Under the pieces are notes generated by a model. That model saw only the letters and a list, made by a program, of their open reading frames with translations. It made no database searches and had not been told where the DNA came from. DNA of 64,000 nt from a bacterium (GTDB lineage Bacteria; SM23-31), in assembly GCA_965249485.1 (NCBI GenBank), contig OZ252239.1, positions 1,152,001-1,216,000 on the forward strand, in the 5' to 3' direction. This document shows positions 51,317 through 61,539 of the stretch, one piece after another. Positions within the stretch are counted from its first letter, which is position 1. Each line of letters begins with the position of its first letter. Both the position numbers and the translations under genes were made by a program.

Positions 51317-52318
51317 ATGGAAAGTCTCAAAGTTGGTATAGTCGGTGTCGGGCATCTCGGTGAGATGCATATCAAGAAGCTGTTGAGTATTCCCGAAGCA
51401 GAGTTTGTCGGTTTCTGGGATAATGACGAAAACGTCCGGGCTGAAAAGTCGCAAACATACAATGTTCATGCGTTTGATTCGCTTGATTTACTCCTCGATG
51501 CAGTAGATGCGGTGAGTATCGTTGTGCCGACATCTGCACATGCAGCAGTTGCTATTGCTGCCGCCGAACGGGGTGTCCATATCTTTGTCGAAAAGCCGAT
51601 AGCCCCTAATCTTGAAGAAGCGGATGAAATAATTGAAGCCGCAGGGAAAAACAATGTTAAACTCCAGGTAGGCCACATCGAGCGGTTTAATGCGGCATTC
51701 AGAAACCTAATAAAAGACCTCGTCAATCCCCGGTTTATTGAATCACACCGCCTTGCCTCATTCAATCCGCGCGGACTTGACGTATCGGTCGTCCTCGATC
51801 TCATGATCCACGATCTTGACATCATTCTCAGCCTCATGAAATCTCCCCTGAGGCAGGTTGATACAAGTGGTGTTGCCGTAGTTTCGTCCAATCCTGACAG
51901 TTTTGATATTGTTAATTCCCGACTGACGTTCGAAGACGGTGCGGTGGCAAATGTGACCGCGAGTCGGATTTCACAGACGAAGATGCGCAAGATGCGTCTC
52001 TTCCAGCAGGACAGCTACATTTCGATGGATTTTTTGACCGGCGAGGCAGAAGTGTTCCGGATGCTCGACCCGGAGACTCAGGACAACGAAAACGATATGC
52101 TGCCAGTCATGTCGATCAATCACGAAGATTTCAATAAAAATGTTGGCTATAAAAAAATTGCCAATGACGGACGAGACTCTCTCGAACTTGAGCTCCGGTC
52201 ATTTCTCGAATCGGTCAAAAACGATACTGAACCGCCCGTGACAGGCGAACAGGCGCGCGCCGTACTCGCTACTGCCCTCGATATCACTGCCAAGACCATT
52301 TCCCATATCACAAAGTAG
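51317..52318 (+). CDS. Gfo/Idh/MocA family oxidoreductase
   Basis: GVGHLG, VEKP, VGHIERFN, DLMIHDLD. Confidence 0.92.
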   Translation: MESLKVGIVGVGHLGEMHIKKLLSIPEAEFVGFWDNDENVRAEKSQTYNVHAFDSLDLLLDAVDAVSIVVPTSAHAAVAIAAAERGVHIFVEKPIAPNLEEADEIIEAAGKNNVKLQVGHIERFNAAFRNLIKDLVNPRFIESHRLASFNPRGLDVSVVLDLMIHDLDIILSLMKSPLRQVDTSGVAVVSSNPDSFDIVNSRLTFEDGAVANVTASRISQTKMRKMRLFQQDSYISMDFLTGEAEVFRMLDPETQDNENDMLPVMSINHEDFNKNVGYKKIANDGRDSLELELRSFLESVKNDTEPPVTGEQARAVLATALDITAKTISHITK

Positions 52319-52386
52319 TACAATATCTAATAATTATAATACTTTATGAAGATAAAAAATAAATAGCTGTAATTAAGTTAAATACT

Positions 52387-52423
52387 TGTCAATGCAAGAA
52401 AATAGTGTCGTGGCAATCTCTGA
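52387..52423 (+). repeat. Degenerate solo copy of the TGTC-tagged palindrome that flanks the GIY-YIG gene
   Basis: TGTCAATGCAAG...GTGGCAATCTCTGA versus TGTCATTGCGAG...GTGGCAATCTCTGA at 54930; the last 14 nt are identical. Confidence 0.7.
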
Positions 52424-52532
52424 TTGTGACATTCCAAAAAATTACTTTCAGAGAACGCACATCCATTTAATAATAAAAACAATTGCATAAAACCCCCGAA
52501 GTAAGGGTACATTATAGACGAAAGGCGCCATC

Positions 52533-52934
52533 TTGAAATTGATCGATAAACTCCGTGCACGGTGGGAAGCACGGCAATTCCTCAGCAGCCTCAAAAAAGC
52601 AACGGAGTCGGGACTGCCTGTAGAAATAACTTGTGAAGAAGTTAAGGAACTTCTCAACAATGGCACTGATTTCATTCTGCTCGATGTCCGGGAGAAACGG
52701 GAGTGGGATCTCGTAAAGATTGAGAATGCTGTTCTTTGCCCCATGAGTAACTTCATGTGTGACATGGAAAAACTTGACAGCTCGAAACTTATCGTTACCT
52801 ATTGCCATCACGGCATACGTAGTTTCCAGGCAATGTGCATCCTTCGCAATAACGGATTTGCTAATGTGCGCAACATGACCGGCGGTATCGACCTCTACGC
52901 ACAGAAGGTGGATACGGATATGAAGCGGTATTAA
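52533..52934 (+). CDS. Rhodanese-like domain protein
   Basis: LLDVRE..EW, YCHHGIRS, GGID.Y...VD. Confidence 0.9.
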   Translation: MKLIDKLRARWEARQFLSSLKKATESGLPVEITCEEVKELLNNGTDFILLDVREKREWDLVKIENAVLCPMSNFMCDMEKLDSSKLIVTYCHHGIRSFQAMCILRNNGFANVRNMTGGIDLYAQKVDTDMKRY

Positions 52935-53023
52935 AATAAGAGACTCATATTTAAAGCATTAGAGTCGATTGCGGCATTTAATAATTGCAGATGATGTTAA
53001 TATAGAACTTGAAAAATAACTCA

Positions 53024-53540
53024 CTACCTATCCAAACACGTCACAACCTCGCCCACATACATTCGATGCATGGGAAATTCGGGGTGAAGAAACATTTCTT
53101 TGAGGATTGCAGGATTGAGAATGTTTTCCCGGACAAGGTCCTGCGTATAGATTTTTTTACATATGATCACGAGCCGTGCTTCTGAAAAATAGACTGTTCC
53201 CGACGGTCCCTCAACCGGTGTGATCCCTGCCTGTTCGACTTTATTCACATCCCGTCCCGAAATCTTTCCGCAGTACTTGAGCATCTCCCTATGTTTCGGA
53301 TCGAAAAATGAAAAGGTATAATTCCGATTTTTCCATGAATTTATACGTATACTGGTCGGGACGTACCTAACAGGTCGTCACGTTTCTCCGCCATAGATCG
53401 CCGAATCCGCCCCAGCTTCCGGTCATAGTATTGAACGAATCTAACGATCCCGCAGTCAACAGGAACCAGTCTCCGCCAAACAGTTTAAACGGACTGTCTT
53501 TGAGTTCTTCAGGTTTCAGTTCTTGAAATGGTGTTTCCAT
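53024..53540 (-). pseudogene. Flavin reductase-like (FMN-binding split barrel) gene; disrupted
   Basis: W.LLTAG....NTMT.SWGG.G.LW...C*VRP..YT..F; TAG at 53367-53369 and a frameshift near 53320 lead into CG..SGRD.NK...H..Y.GEV. Confidence 0.8.
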
Positions 53541-53586
53541 AGTAACCTCAATAATACCATACGTGCTAATCAGTTTTTATCTATTG

Positions 53587-54873
53587 TTACGTAATAGATT
53601 TAAGCGATTTTTCGTGCGCTTCTATCGTCTTGTCAATATCGTCTTCCGTATGTGCTGTTGAGATAAATCCGGCTTCAAACTGTGACGGTGCCATATAGAT
53701 ACCTTCCTCGAGCATCGCTTTGAAATACCGCGCGAACCGTTCGGTATCACAGCTCATTGCAGAATCAAGATCGGTCACCGGTGTCCCGGTAAAGAACCGG
53801 CACATCATCCCGCCGATTCGGTTTTGCTGCATGGGGATGCCGTGCTTTTCAGCACCTTGTGCAATACCATCAGCAAGCTGTGTGGCTAATTTTTCGAAGT
53901 GTGGATAGGGATTTTCGTCTTTAAGCGTCTTTACTGTTGTCAGCCCTGCCGCCATGGCAAGCGGATTTCCGGCGAGTGTTCCCGCCTGATAGATCGGACC
54001 GTCCGGTGCGATGGTGTCCATAATATCTGTCCGTCCGCCGTACGCTCCTACTGGCAGCCCTCCGCCGATAATCTTGCCGAGACAGGTCAGATCGGGTTTG
54101 ATACCGTATAGTTCCTGCGCACCGCCGAGTGCAACTCTGAATCCAGTTATCACTTCATCAAAAATCAAGACAATTCCAGCTTCATCGGAAATCATCCGCA
54201 GCCTTTCGAGAAATCCATCTGCCGGAGGGATGACTCCGGTGTTTCCGGCAATCGGTTCGACAATAATCGCAGCAATCTGCTCCGGGTTTGATTCAGCGAT
54301 TTTTTGAACCGATTCAATATGGTTGAACTGAGCGACTAGAGTGTCGGATGCGGTTCCCTTTGTGACCCCCGGATTGCCCGGAATTCCGAGTGTTAGTGCA
54401 CCGGAACCCGCCTTGATGAGAAAGCTGTCGCTGTGACCGTGATAGCACCCGTCGAATTTAATAATCTTATCCCGCCCGGTAAATCCCCGCGCAAGACGGA
54501 CCGCGCTCATGGTTGCTTCGGTACCCGAATTGACCATGCGAACTTTGTCAATGGATGGGTATATGTCGGTAATAAGCCGTGCAAGTTCGATCTCTAATTC
54601 AGTCGATGCTCCATAGCTCGTTCCGTTTTTTGCCGCTTCGGAGACAGCTTCCACAACTCTCGGATGAGCATGGCCGAGAATAAGCGGTCCCCACGATGCG
54701 ACATAATCGATGTATTTGTTTCCGTCCGCATCATAAACATTAGGCCCTTCAGCCCGGCTGATAAAGAGCGGATCCATATTGACTGACTTGAATGCGCGGA
54801 CCGGCGAATTCACTCCGCCCGGCATATACTTTTTCGCTTCTGCAAAAAGTTTTGATGAATTTTCATATATCAT
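53587..54873 (-). CDS. hemL: Glutamate-1-semialdehyde 2,1-aminomutase
   Basis: PGGVNSPVRAF, NSGTEA, FDEVITGFR, GKIIGGGLP, PSQFE. Confidence 0.97.
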   Translation of the reverse strand: MIYENSSKLFAEAKKYMPGGVNSPVRAFKSVNMDPLFISRAEGPNVYDADGNKYIDYVASWGPLILGHAHPRVVEAVSEAAKNGTSYGASTELEIELARLITDIYPSIDKVRMVNSGTEATMSAVRLARGFTGRDKIIKFDGCYHGHSDSFLIKAGSGALTLGIPGNPGVTKGTASDTLVAQFNHIESVQKIAESNPEQIAAIIVEPIAGNTGVIPPADGFLERLRMISDEAGIVLIFDEVITGFRVALGGAQELYGIKPDLTCLGKIIGGGLPVGAYGGRTDIMDTIAPDGPIYQAGTLAGNPLAMAAGLTTVKTLKDENPYPHFEKLATQLADGIAQGAEKHGIPMQQNRIGGMMCRFFTGTPVTDLDSAMSCDTERFARYFKAMLEEGIYMAPSQFEAGFISTAHTEDDIDKTIEAHEKSLKSIT

Positions 54874-54929
54874 TTTGATTCCTTAGACAAACTTATCTCT
54901 TTATATAACTATTTTCAATAGTTTTGAAT

Positions 54930-55373
54930 TGTCATTGCGAGGAACGAAGTGACGTGGCAATCTCTGACATGTAATGACGATAAGTTTTATTCAAATAAAT
55001 CGTTCCAGCTCCTAATTATGTCCAGTAACAAGTTCTATTTTTCGTTTCCGCGGCCACTTTTTTATCTGTTTTTCCCGTAGTATTGCTTCATTAGCAGATT
55101 GGAACTCCTCAAAATGAACGAGTTTAGTAATGTTGTACGCATTGGTGAATCCCTTTATTAATTTGTTTTTGTGTTCGGTTACTCTTCTGTTGAGGTTATT
55201 TGTCATCCCAGTGTAAATAACAGAGTTAATCTTGTTCGTCACTAAATAGACATAATACGTCCGCTGCATTTTAAAGATTTTTCCTGACAAAAATTACGTT
55301 TGAATAACTTTTGTGCGCTATGCTACTCAGAGATTGCCACAGCTTTCGAGGATTCGAAAGCTTCGCAATGACA
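54930..55373. mobile_element. GIY-YIG nuclease cassette bounded by inverted TGTC-tagged palindromes (REP-associated element)
   Basis: Left unit 54930-54967: TGTCATTGCGA-GGAACGAAGTGAC-GTGGCAATCTCTGA. Right unit 55327-55373 in reverse complement: TGTCATTGCGA-AGCTTTCGAATCCTCGAAAGCT-GTGGCAATCTCTGA. Lies between hemB and hemL. Confidence 0.7.
54987..55269 (-). pseudogene. Small GIY-YIG endonuclease (UPF0213/YhbQ-like); 3' end disrupted
   Basis: YYVY.......IYTG.TNNL.RR..EHK....GFT..YN..KLV.FE......AI.REKQIKKW.R..K..L. TAG at 55012-55014; the expected WNDL tail lies in another frame ending at 54987. Confidence 0.85.
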
Positions 55374-55505
55374 TACAGAATAATAAATTGGGTAAAATTA
55401 TTGTGGCTGTTAAGAATATTAAGAAATTATTTTGTTTGCGTTTTAATTATATCCAGCTGCTTTTACTTCCATATCATGTCTCAGACGTTGTTATAAAAAC
55501 AGATA

Positions 55506-56477
55506 CTATTTCAACAGTACCGCGGCATCTTTCGCGAAATAGGTCAGAATGAGATCTGCACCGGCGCGTTTGATGCTGGTCAATGATTCCATTACAACCC
55601 GGTCTTCATCGAGCCAGCCTTTTGCTGCCGCTGCCTTGATCATCGAATATTCACCACTCACATTATACGCCGCTACAGGAATAAAGAATTCCTGTTTGAC
55701 CCGGCTTATAATATCAAGATAAGGAAGAGCAGGCTTGACCATGATAATATCGGCGCCCTCATCAATATCGAGCGCAGTCTCTCTGAGCGCTTCTTCTGCA
55801 TTCGGAGGGTCCATCTGATAGGACTTTCGGTCACCGAACTGCGGTGTTGAATCCGCTGCATAGCGGAACGGGCCGTAAAACGCCGAAGAATATTTCGCTG
55901 CATACGCCATAATCGGGGTGTTGGAAAAATCTTCAACATCGAGCAGATCACGGATGTAACCGATTCGTCCATCCATCATATCGGACGGAGCTACCATATC
56001 TGCCCCGGCACGTACATGGCTCAACGCTGTTTTTCCGAGTAATTCAAGTGTTTTGTCATTGTCAACTCCACCATCAACAATTTCACCGCAGTGGCCATGG
56101 TCCGTATACTCACACATACACACATCGGTAATCAGCACGAGTGACGAAACCGCCTTTTTCACAGCACGGAGTGCCTCCTGTACGATCCCATCATCAGCAT
56201 ATCCCTCTTTGCCGAGCGGATCTTTGTGCTCTGGAATACCAAAAAGGATCACCGCCGGAATACCAAGCTGTTCGACAGTTTTACATTCTTTGACCAGTTC
56301 ATCGACCGACAACCTGAATTGTCCAGGCATTGATGGAATTTCTGCTTTGACCTTTTTTCCGGGGCATACAAAAAGCGGGTAGATCAGATCATCGATGGAC
56401 AATTTTGTTTCGCGTACCATTCTCCGCAGGGTTTCATTCGTGCGGAGGCGCCGCAGCCGTGTAATTGGAAATGTCAT
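55506..56477 (-). CDS. hemB: Porphobilinogen synthase
   Basis: [36 protein letters not shown]. Confidence 0.97.
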   Translation of the reverse strand: MTFPITRLRRLRTNETLRRMVRETKLSIDDLIYPLFVCPGKKVKAEIPSMPGQFRLSVDELVKECKTVEQLGIPAVILFGIPEHKDPLGKEGYADDGIVQEALRAVKKAVSSLVLITDVCMCEYTDHGHCGEIVDGGVDNDKTLELLGKTALSHVRAGADMVAPSDMMDGRIGYIRDLLDVEDFSNTPIMAYAAKYSSAFYGPFRYAADSTPQFGDRKSYQMDPPNAEEALRETALDIDEGADIIMVKPALPYLDIISRVKQEFFIPVAAYNVSGEYSMIKAAAAKGWLDEDRVVMESLTSIKRAGADLILTYFAKDAAVLLK

Positions 56478-56487
56478 ATTTTCCCCA

Positions 56488-57270
56488 TTATATTTTTTGA
56501 AAGTACTCTATTGCTGCATTGACCAGGCCGGATACCGACTGAACTGGTGATTCGACAACCGGTTCAATTCCATAAGACCTAAGTGTCTTTGTTGTCACTG
56601 GACCGATACTCGCAACAGTCATTTTAGAAATTACTGCTGTTCGATCTATTCCGGTAATGAATCGCATTATGGCATCTACAGCAGATGAACTCATAAACGT
56701 TACCATATCGATTCTGCCGCTCCTGAACAACCCAGTTATCTCATCAGCCGGGTAGGCAACGGAAGTTGTTTGGTATACTGTAATCCGCGTGATTTCTGCT
56801 CCTTTGTTATTGAGACCGCCAGGCAATGTGTCGCGTGCAATGTTCCCCATCGGAAACAAAAACTTCATCCCCGAAATTTTATGAATTTTTTGTGTGAATT
56901 CGTGCAGAAATCCAGCCGCTGTTGCTATTTCCGGCTCTAAGTCGGTATCAAATCCAGCCTCTGCAAGTGCCGCTGTTGTTGCTGCTCCGATAGTACCGAA
57001 CCTGACAGTCTTAAATTGATCTGCGTGTATACCTAGCGTTTTCAACCTTGAGTCGAAAGCCTGAACACCATTTGCACTCGTAAAGATGATCCAGTCAAAA
57101 TCATCAGGCTTTTGGAGGTGTTTGTCAAATTCTGCATAATCATTTGCCGGTTGAATAGCAATCATCGGTTTATGAGTAACCTCGGCACCAAGCGATTTGA
57201 ATAGTTCGATCTGCTGCAGTGCCTGGTCAGCCGGCTGGGTAACAACAATCCGTTTTCCGGAATGAGTCAT
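56488..57270 (-). CDS. hemD: Uroporphyrinogen-III synthase
   Basis: [26 protein letters not shown]; hem operon context. Confidence 0.92.
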   Translation of the reverse strand: MTHSGKRIVVTQPADQALQQIELFKSLGAEVTHKPMIAIQPANDYAEFDKHLQKPDDFDWIIFTSANGVQAFDSRLKTLGIHADQFKTVRFGTIGAATTAALAEAGFDTDLEPEIATAAGFLHEFTQKIHKISGMKFLFPMGNIARDTLPGGLNNKGAEITRITVYQTTSVAYPADEITGLFRSGRIDMVTFMSSSAVDAIMRFITGIDRTAVISKMTVASIGPVTTKTLRSYGIEPVVESPVQSVSGLVNAAIEYFQKI

Positions 57271-58215
57271 TTATGTTCCTGCGTCGGTACTGCTGCTCCG
57301 ATACGACTCTAAAATAGCACTGCCGCCGGCGTCGAGTATAGTTTTTGCAAGTTGTTCACCAACCTGTTCCGGCTCATCGGGATCACCTTGAAGTGATTGT
57401 CTTACAAGCTTCGAACCGTCCTGCGTGGCAACTGCACCGGTCAATATCAGCTTATTACCGGATAATTGTCCGATACACCCTGCCGGGACCTGACAGCCTC
57501 CCTGAAGTACTCGTAAATAACTCCGCTCGGCTGCTGTAACGGCTGCAAGAGTCGTATTATTTATTTTTGAACACAATTTTACTATTTTTTTGTCGTTAGA
57601 CCGCACCTGAACAGCAAGAGTTCCCTGTCCGATTGCGGGCAGAAGAATTTCTACGGGAATGAGTGATGAGATATGATTGGAAAGACCGAGTCGCTTCAGT
57701 CCGGCCGCTGCAAGAATCAACGCATTGGCGTCAGAATTATGAAGTTTTTTTATCCTTGTTTCGACATTGCCGCGTACGTCTTCGATCCGGAAATCAGGCC
57801 GGTAATGGAGCAGCTGCGCTTTTCTCCTCGGACTCCCGGTCAGAATTTTTGCTCCTTCCTGCAGATCGTCAAGTGATTCTCCGTTTTTCGCAATCAAAGC
57901 ATCATGAAAATCTTCCCGGACAGGAACAGCGCCGATAGTTAGTCCTTTCGGCAGGACAGTTTCAAGATCTTTCATACTGTGGACTGCTATGTCGATTTTC
58001 TTATCAAGGAGCGCTTTTTCAATTTCTTTTGTAAAGACTCCCGTGGCGCCGAGTTTTTCAAGCGGAACCGATGTGTCGGCATCCCCAGTTGTTTTGATCG
58101 GCACAATAGTGATCGATAAGGATGAGTTAATTGCTCTCAGAAGATCTGACACATAATCTGTCTGCCAACGGGCCAATTTGCTGTTCCGTGTTCCTATTCT
58201 TACCGTATCTTTCAT
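57271..58215 (-). CDS. hemC: Hydroxymethylbilane synthase
   Basis: IGTR.SKLA..Q, FTKEIE, AVHSMKD, RGNV.TR, GGCQVP. Confidence 0.97.
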   Translation of the reverse strand: MKDTVRIGTRNSKLARWQTDYVSDLLRAINSSLSITIVPIKTTGDADTSVPLEKLGATGVFTKEIEKALLDKKIDIAVHSMKDLETVLPKGLTIGAVPVREDFHDALIAKNGESLDDLQEGAKILTGSPRRKAQLLHYRPDFRIEDVRGNVETRIKKLHNSDANALILAAAGLKRLGLSNHISSLIPVEILLPAIGQGTLAVQVRSNDKKIVKLCSKINNTTLAAVTAAERSYLRVLQGGCQVPAGCIGQLSGNKLILTGAVATQDGSKLVRQSLQGDPDEPEQVGEQLAKTILDAGGSAILESYRSSSTDAGT

Positions 58216-59489
58216 TGCTTTGTGTCGTCCTGAGTGTCATCAAGGTTAAAGAATTTTTTGAGAATGTCAGCTTCTTCAAAACCACGTGCCGATTTTGCCG
58301 AATCTTTCAGACGCAAGATCGGCTCCTTAAGCAGTTTTTTAATAATACTCCTGGTCAGAAGGTCAATTTGTTCTTTGTCTGCTCCGGTTATTTTGGATTC
58401 ATTATGGACAATTTCATCATGTCTGATAGATTCAAACCGCTCCTGAAGCTTCTGTATAACCGGCAGAACTCCAATAGTACTGTACCAGTCGAAAAATTCT
58501 TTATGCTCTTGTTCGATGATTGCCAGAGCAGCCTGAACTTCGTGCTGCCGCTGCTCAAAATTTGATTCGACGATTTCTTTCAGGTCATCAATGTCGTATA
58601 GAAACACATTGTAGATGGAATTAACTGAAGGATCAACATCACGCGGTGCGCCAAGGTCAATGAAAAAAAGTGGACGGTTTTTTCTTTCTTTCATTACTTT
58701 TTCAATTTGTTCCGAAGCAACAGTATAGTCCTCTGCACCAATACATGTCACAACAACATCGGTATCGGAAAGTGTACCTGTGATTTCATTAAATCTGATA
58801 GCAGTCCCTTGAATTTGTGCAGCAAGTTTTTCGGCGCGTTCAAACGTCCTGTTGGTGATATACACCTTTGCAATGCTCCGCTCTTCGAAGTGGCGCGCTG
58901 TGAGAGTACCTGTCTCTCCAGCGCCGATAACCAACAAGTTCTTGTTCGAAAGATCGCCGAATATTTTTCGCGCCATCTCGACTGCCGCAAATGATATAGA
59001 GATACTTCCTTCTCCTATTTTGGTCTCTGTCCGTATCCGTTTTGTGACCGAAAATGTTCTGGAAAATAATCTGTTCAGAATTGAATTGGTATTCTTGTTC
59101 GCCGCCGCATCTTGATAAGCGGACTTCACCTGACCGAATACTTGCGGTTCTCCGAGTGCCAGTGAATCGAGACCGGAGGAGACTTTAAAAAGGTGATTGA
59201 CTGCTTCTTCGTTTGTGTAGTAATAGAGAAAATCGTTTAATGATGTATCGTTTTCGTGATAGAGTGATGAAAACAGCTCATAAGGATTAACCTGTTTTTC
59301 CTGTGATACTGCAAATGTTCCGTACAGTTCTGTCCTGTTGCATGTTGAAACGATACAGCTTTCAAGAAGATAAGGATTATTCTTGAGCCGATTCAAAGTA
59401 TCGATTAAATCCTCTGACTTTATTGCCGCCTTGTCACGGACTGAGACCGGTGCGGTATTATGACTCAACCCGACTACAAATAATTTCAT
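58212..59489 (-). CDS. hemA: Glutamyl-tRNA reductase
   Basis: H.TAPV..R, STCNRTE, GLDS..LGE.Q..GQVK, GAGE, DLG.PRD. Confidence 0.97.
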   Translation of the reverse strand: MKLFVVGLSHNTAPVSVRDKAAIKSEDLIDTLNRLKNNPYLLESCIVSTCNRTELYGTFAVSQEKQVNPYELFSSLYHENDTSLNDFLYYYTNEEAVNHLFKVSSGLDSLALGEPQVFGQVKSAYQDAAANKNTNSILNRLFSRTFSVTKRIRTETKIGEGSISISFAAVEMARKIFGDLSNKNLLVIGAGETGTLTARHFEERSIAKVYITNRTFERAEKLAAQIQGTAIRFNEITGTLSDTDVVVTCIGAEDYTVASEQIEKVMKERKNRPLFFIDLGAPRDVDPSVNSIYNVFLYDIDDLKEIVESNFEQRQHEVQAALAIIEQEHKEFFDWYSTIGVLPVIQKLQERFESIRHDEIVHNESKITGADKEQIDLLTRSIIKKLLKEPILRLKDSAKSARGFEEADILKKFFNLDDTQDDTKQ

Positions 59490-59557
59490 GCTATCTATTG
59501 TGAGGAGATCACTATTCTCCGATTATTCATACGAACATGTTAAGATTGGATTTATCC

Positions 59558-60349
59558 TTATAATGTCATAAAAAACAGAAGAAGTAAAATGCCGCCAAAC
59601 ACAGAAATATAGGCAACACGTTTTCCCTGCCATCCGCTTAAATAGCGGAGTTGGATGGACAAACCATAAAGAACCCACGGCACAAATCCGGCGATAAGCT
59701 TCGGATTGAAACTATCCTGATCTTCCCATGCACTTGCTGCCCACAGTGAACCGCTCACCACCCCGATTGTCAACAGTGTAAAGCCGGTAATAACCGCTTT
59801 TGTATTCAGTTTGTCCAGCCCATCCAGATCAGGTATTTTTCGAAAAATAATCCCGATCTTTTTTGATTTTATTTGAGAATACATCAGGAGATACATCATC
59901 CCATATTTCATAGCAATCAGAAATGCTGCATAACCCAGAATCGATGGAATAGTGTGCAGTGCAAAATAGGGACTGGCGAGAATCGGATTAAATGATTCAA
60001 CCGGCTCTAAAAAGAGTGCTGCTATAAATTGCAGAATAAATATAACCGGGTAGAGAAAGAGCCCTGTTCCGGACTCTTTTGATGTGTAATGGATAAATAT
60101 ATACGTTGCAGTAAGAACAAAAGCAGTAAATGTCACCGCTTCTAAGGGCGATGCCAGCGGAAGCCTGGGAGCACTCCACACCATTTGTGTGATATAGAAC
60201 AAATGAATTGCAGCAGTTACAACAGCAAGTGACCGCACAGGAATCTTGAGGTCTTCCTTCTCCGATCGAAATAATACACCGCACATGATGGAAACCAGTA
60301 GATACAATCCGGCTATAACGAATCCCAATAATGAAAACAGAGTATCCAT
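59558..60349 (-). CDS. Cytochrome c assembly/HemX-like (CcsA family) membrane protein
   Basis: Multiple TMs, H....LGYA, GF..LT.G..SG.LWA..W....PK; directly upstream of hemA. Confidence 0.85.
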   Translation of the reverse strand: MDTLFSLLGFVIAGLYLLVSIMCGVLFRSEKEDLKIPVRSLAVVTAAIHLFYITQMVWSAPRLPLASPLEAVTFTAFVLTATYIFIHYTSKESGTGLFLYPVIFILQFIAALFLEPVESFNPILASPYFALHTIPSILGYAAFLIAMKYGMMYLLMYSQIKSKKIGIIFRKIPDLDGLDKLNTKAVITGFTLLTIGVVSGSLWAASAWEDQDSFNPKLIAGFVPWVLYGLSIQLRYLSGWQGKRVAYISVFGGILLLLFFMTL

Positions 60350-60542
60350 ATCATTCGCACCTGTGTTAAGGTGATTGTGGTAAAACAGCAACAAAAAATG
60401 TACACCATTTCATGGAGAAATGCAAGCCTATTGTCCTGGAGAAAGCAGGGGAAATAACACTTGAATAAGTAGGATTATTTTCGTACAATTTGTCCTTTTA
60501 TCGATAGATTGTTGACTGAACTACTAACGGTATTATCTGTTC

Positions 60543-61514
60543 ATGAATTTTCTAAAACAGTTTCGTATACGTACCGAAAGCTCGCACCGGTGGAAATTGT
60601 ATTTGTTTGCAGGTATAGTATTATACTACGTTATTGTCAACCAATTTATCATGCTGCGACCTGATCATGTCTTCCTTACACTCTTCCTTCTAACGTTTTT
60701 GTTCGGTGGTAATAAAGCAAAGCGGTTTCTCATCGATTGGCTTCCGTATATCGGATTCTGGATTGCCTACGATATGATGCGGGGTGTTGCAGAAGGTTGG
60801 AAAGGGTATATCAATATTCGGGAGGTGTACGATACCGAAATATTGCTGTTCGGCAGATTTTTTAATGACACACTTCCCGCATTCTGGTTTCAGCAATTTC
60901 AGCAGGCAAACGAGGTTTATTTCTGGAAGCAGATTATCGATCTTCTTGCTGCTAACCTCTACAGCGCACATTTTTATGGCCCGCTTATTCTAGGTTGGCT
61001 GCTCTGGCACACCTACGATGACCGGAGATCTTACTACCGTTTTGTATGGACATTGACCGTTTTAAACGCTATGGCACTCATTACTTTTTTGATCTATCCT
61101 GCGGCACCACCGTGGTATGTTTTGCGGCACGGATTTGTGCAGCCCGTTGGTGAAATTTTCGGCATGGAGGGGGGACTTATCAATATAGACAATATGATCG
61201 AAATGAAGTTATTTTCGACCGTATGGAGAAATATGAATTCGAACCTTTTCGCAGCAATCCCATCATTGCACGGTGCCTATCCGATGGCGGTCTCATTCTT
61301 TGCCTGGTTTAAGTTCAAAAGATATCCACTACTCCTCATTCTTTATCCGATCCTCGTTTGGTGGTCGACTGTCTATCTGAACCACCACTATATTATAGAT
61401 CTAATTATTGGAGCAGTGTATGTAGGGATCGCCTACCTGATAAACCAATATATTTTAATGCCCTATGTATTTGATCCGCTGCTGTTTCGGAAACGGAAAC
61501 CCGATAATAAGTGA
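60543..61514 (+). CDS. Aur1/inositol-phosphorylceramide-synthase-like PAP2 membrane phosphotransferase
   Basis: YPAAPPWY, FAAIPSLHGAYP and STVYLNHHYIIDLIIG motifs with multiple TMs. Confidence 0.82.
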   Translation: MNFLKQFRIRTESSHRWKLYLFAGIVLYYVIVNQFIMLRPDHVFLTLFLLTFLFGGNKAKRFLIDWLPYIGFWIAYDMMRGVAEGWKGYINIREVYDTEILLFGRFFNDTLPAFWFQQFQQANEVYFWKQIIDLLAANLYSAHFYGPLILGWLLWHTYDDRRSYYRFVWTLTVLNAMALITFLIYPAAPPWYVLRHGFVQPVGEIFGMEGGLINIDNMIEMKLFSTVWRNMNSNLFAAIPSLHGAYPMAVSFFAWFKFKRYPLLLILYPILVWWSTVYLNHHYIIDLIIGAVYVGIAYLINQYILMPYVFDPLLFRKRKPDNK

Positions 61515-61539
61515 TCCGTTGTTAAAATCTTACCGGAAT

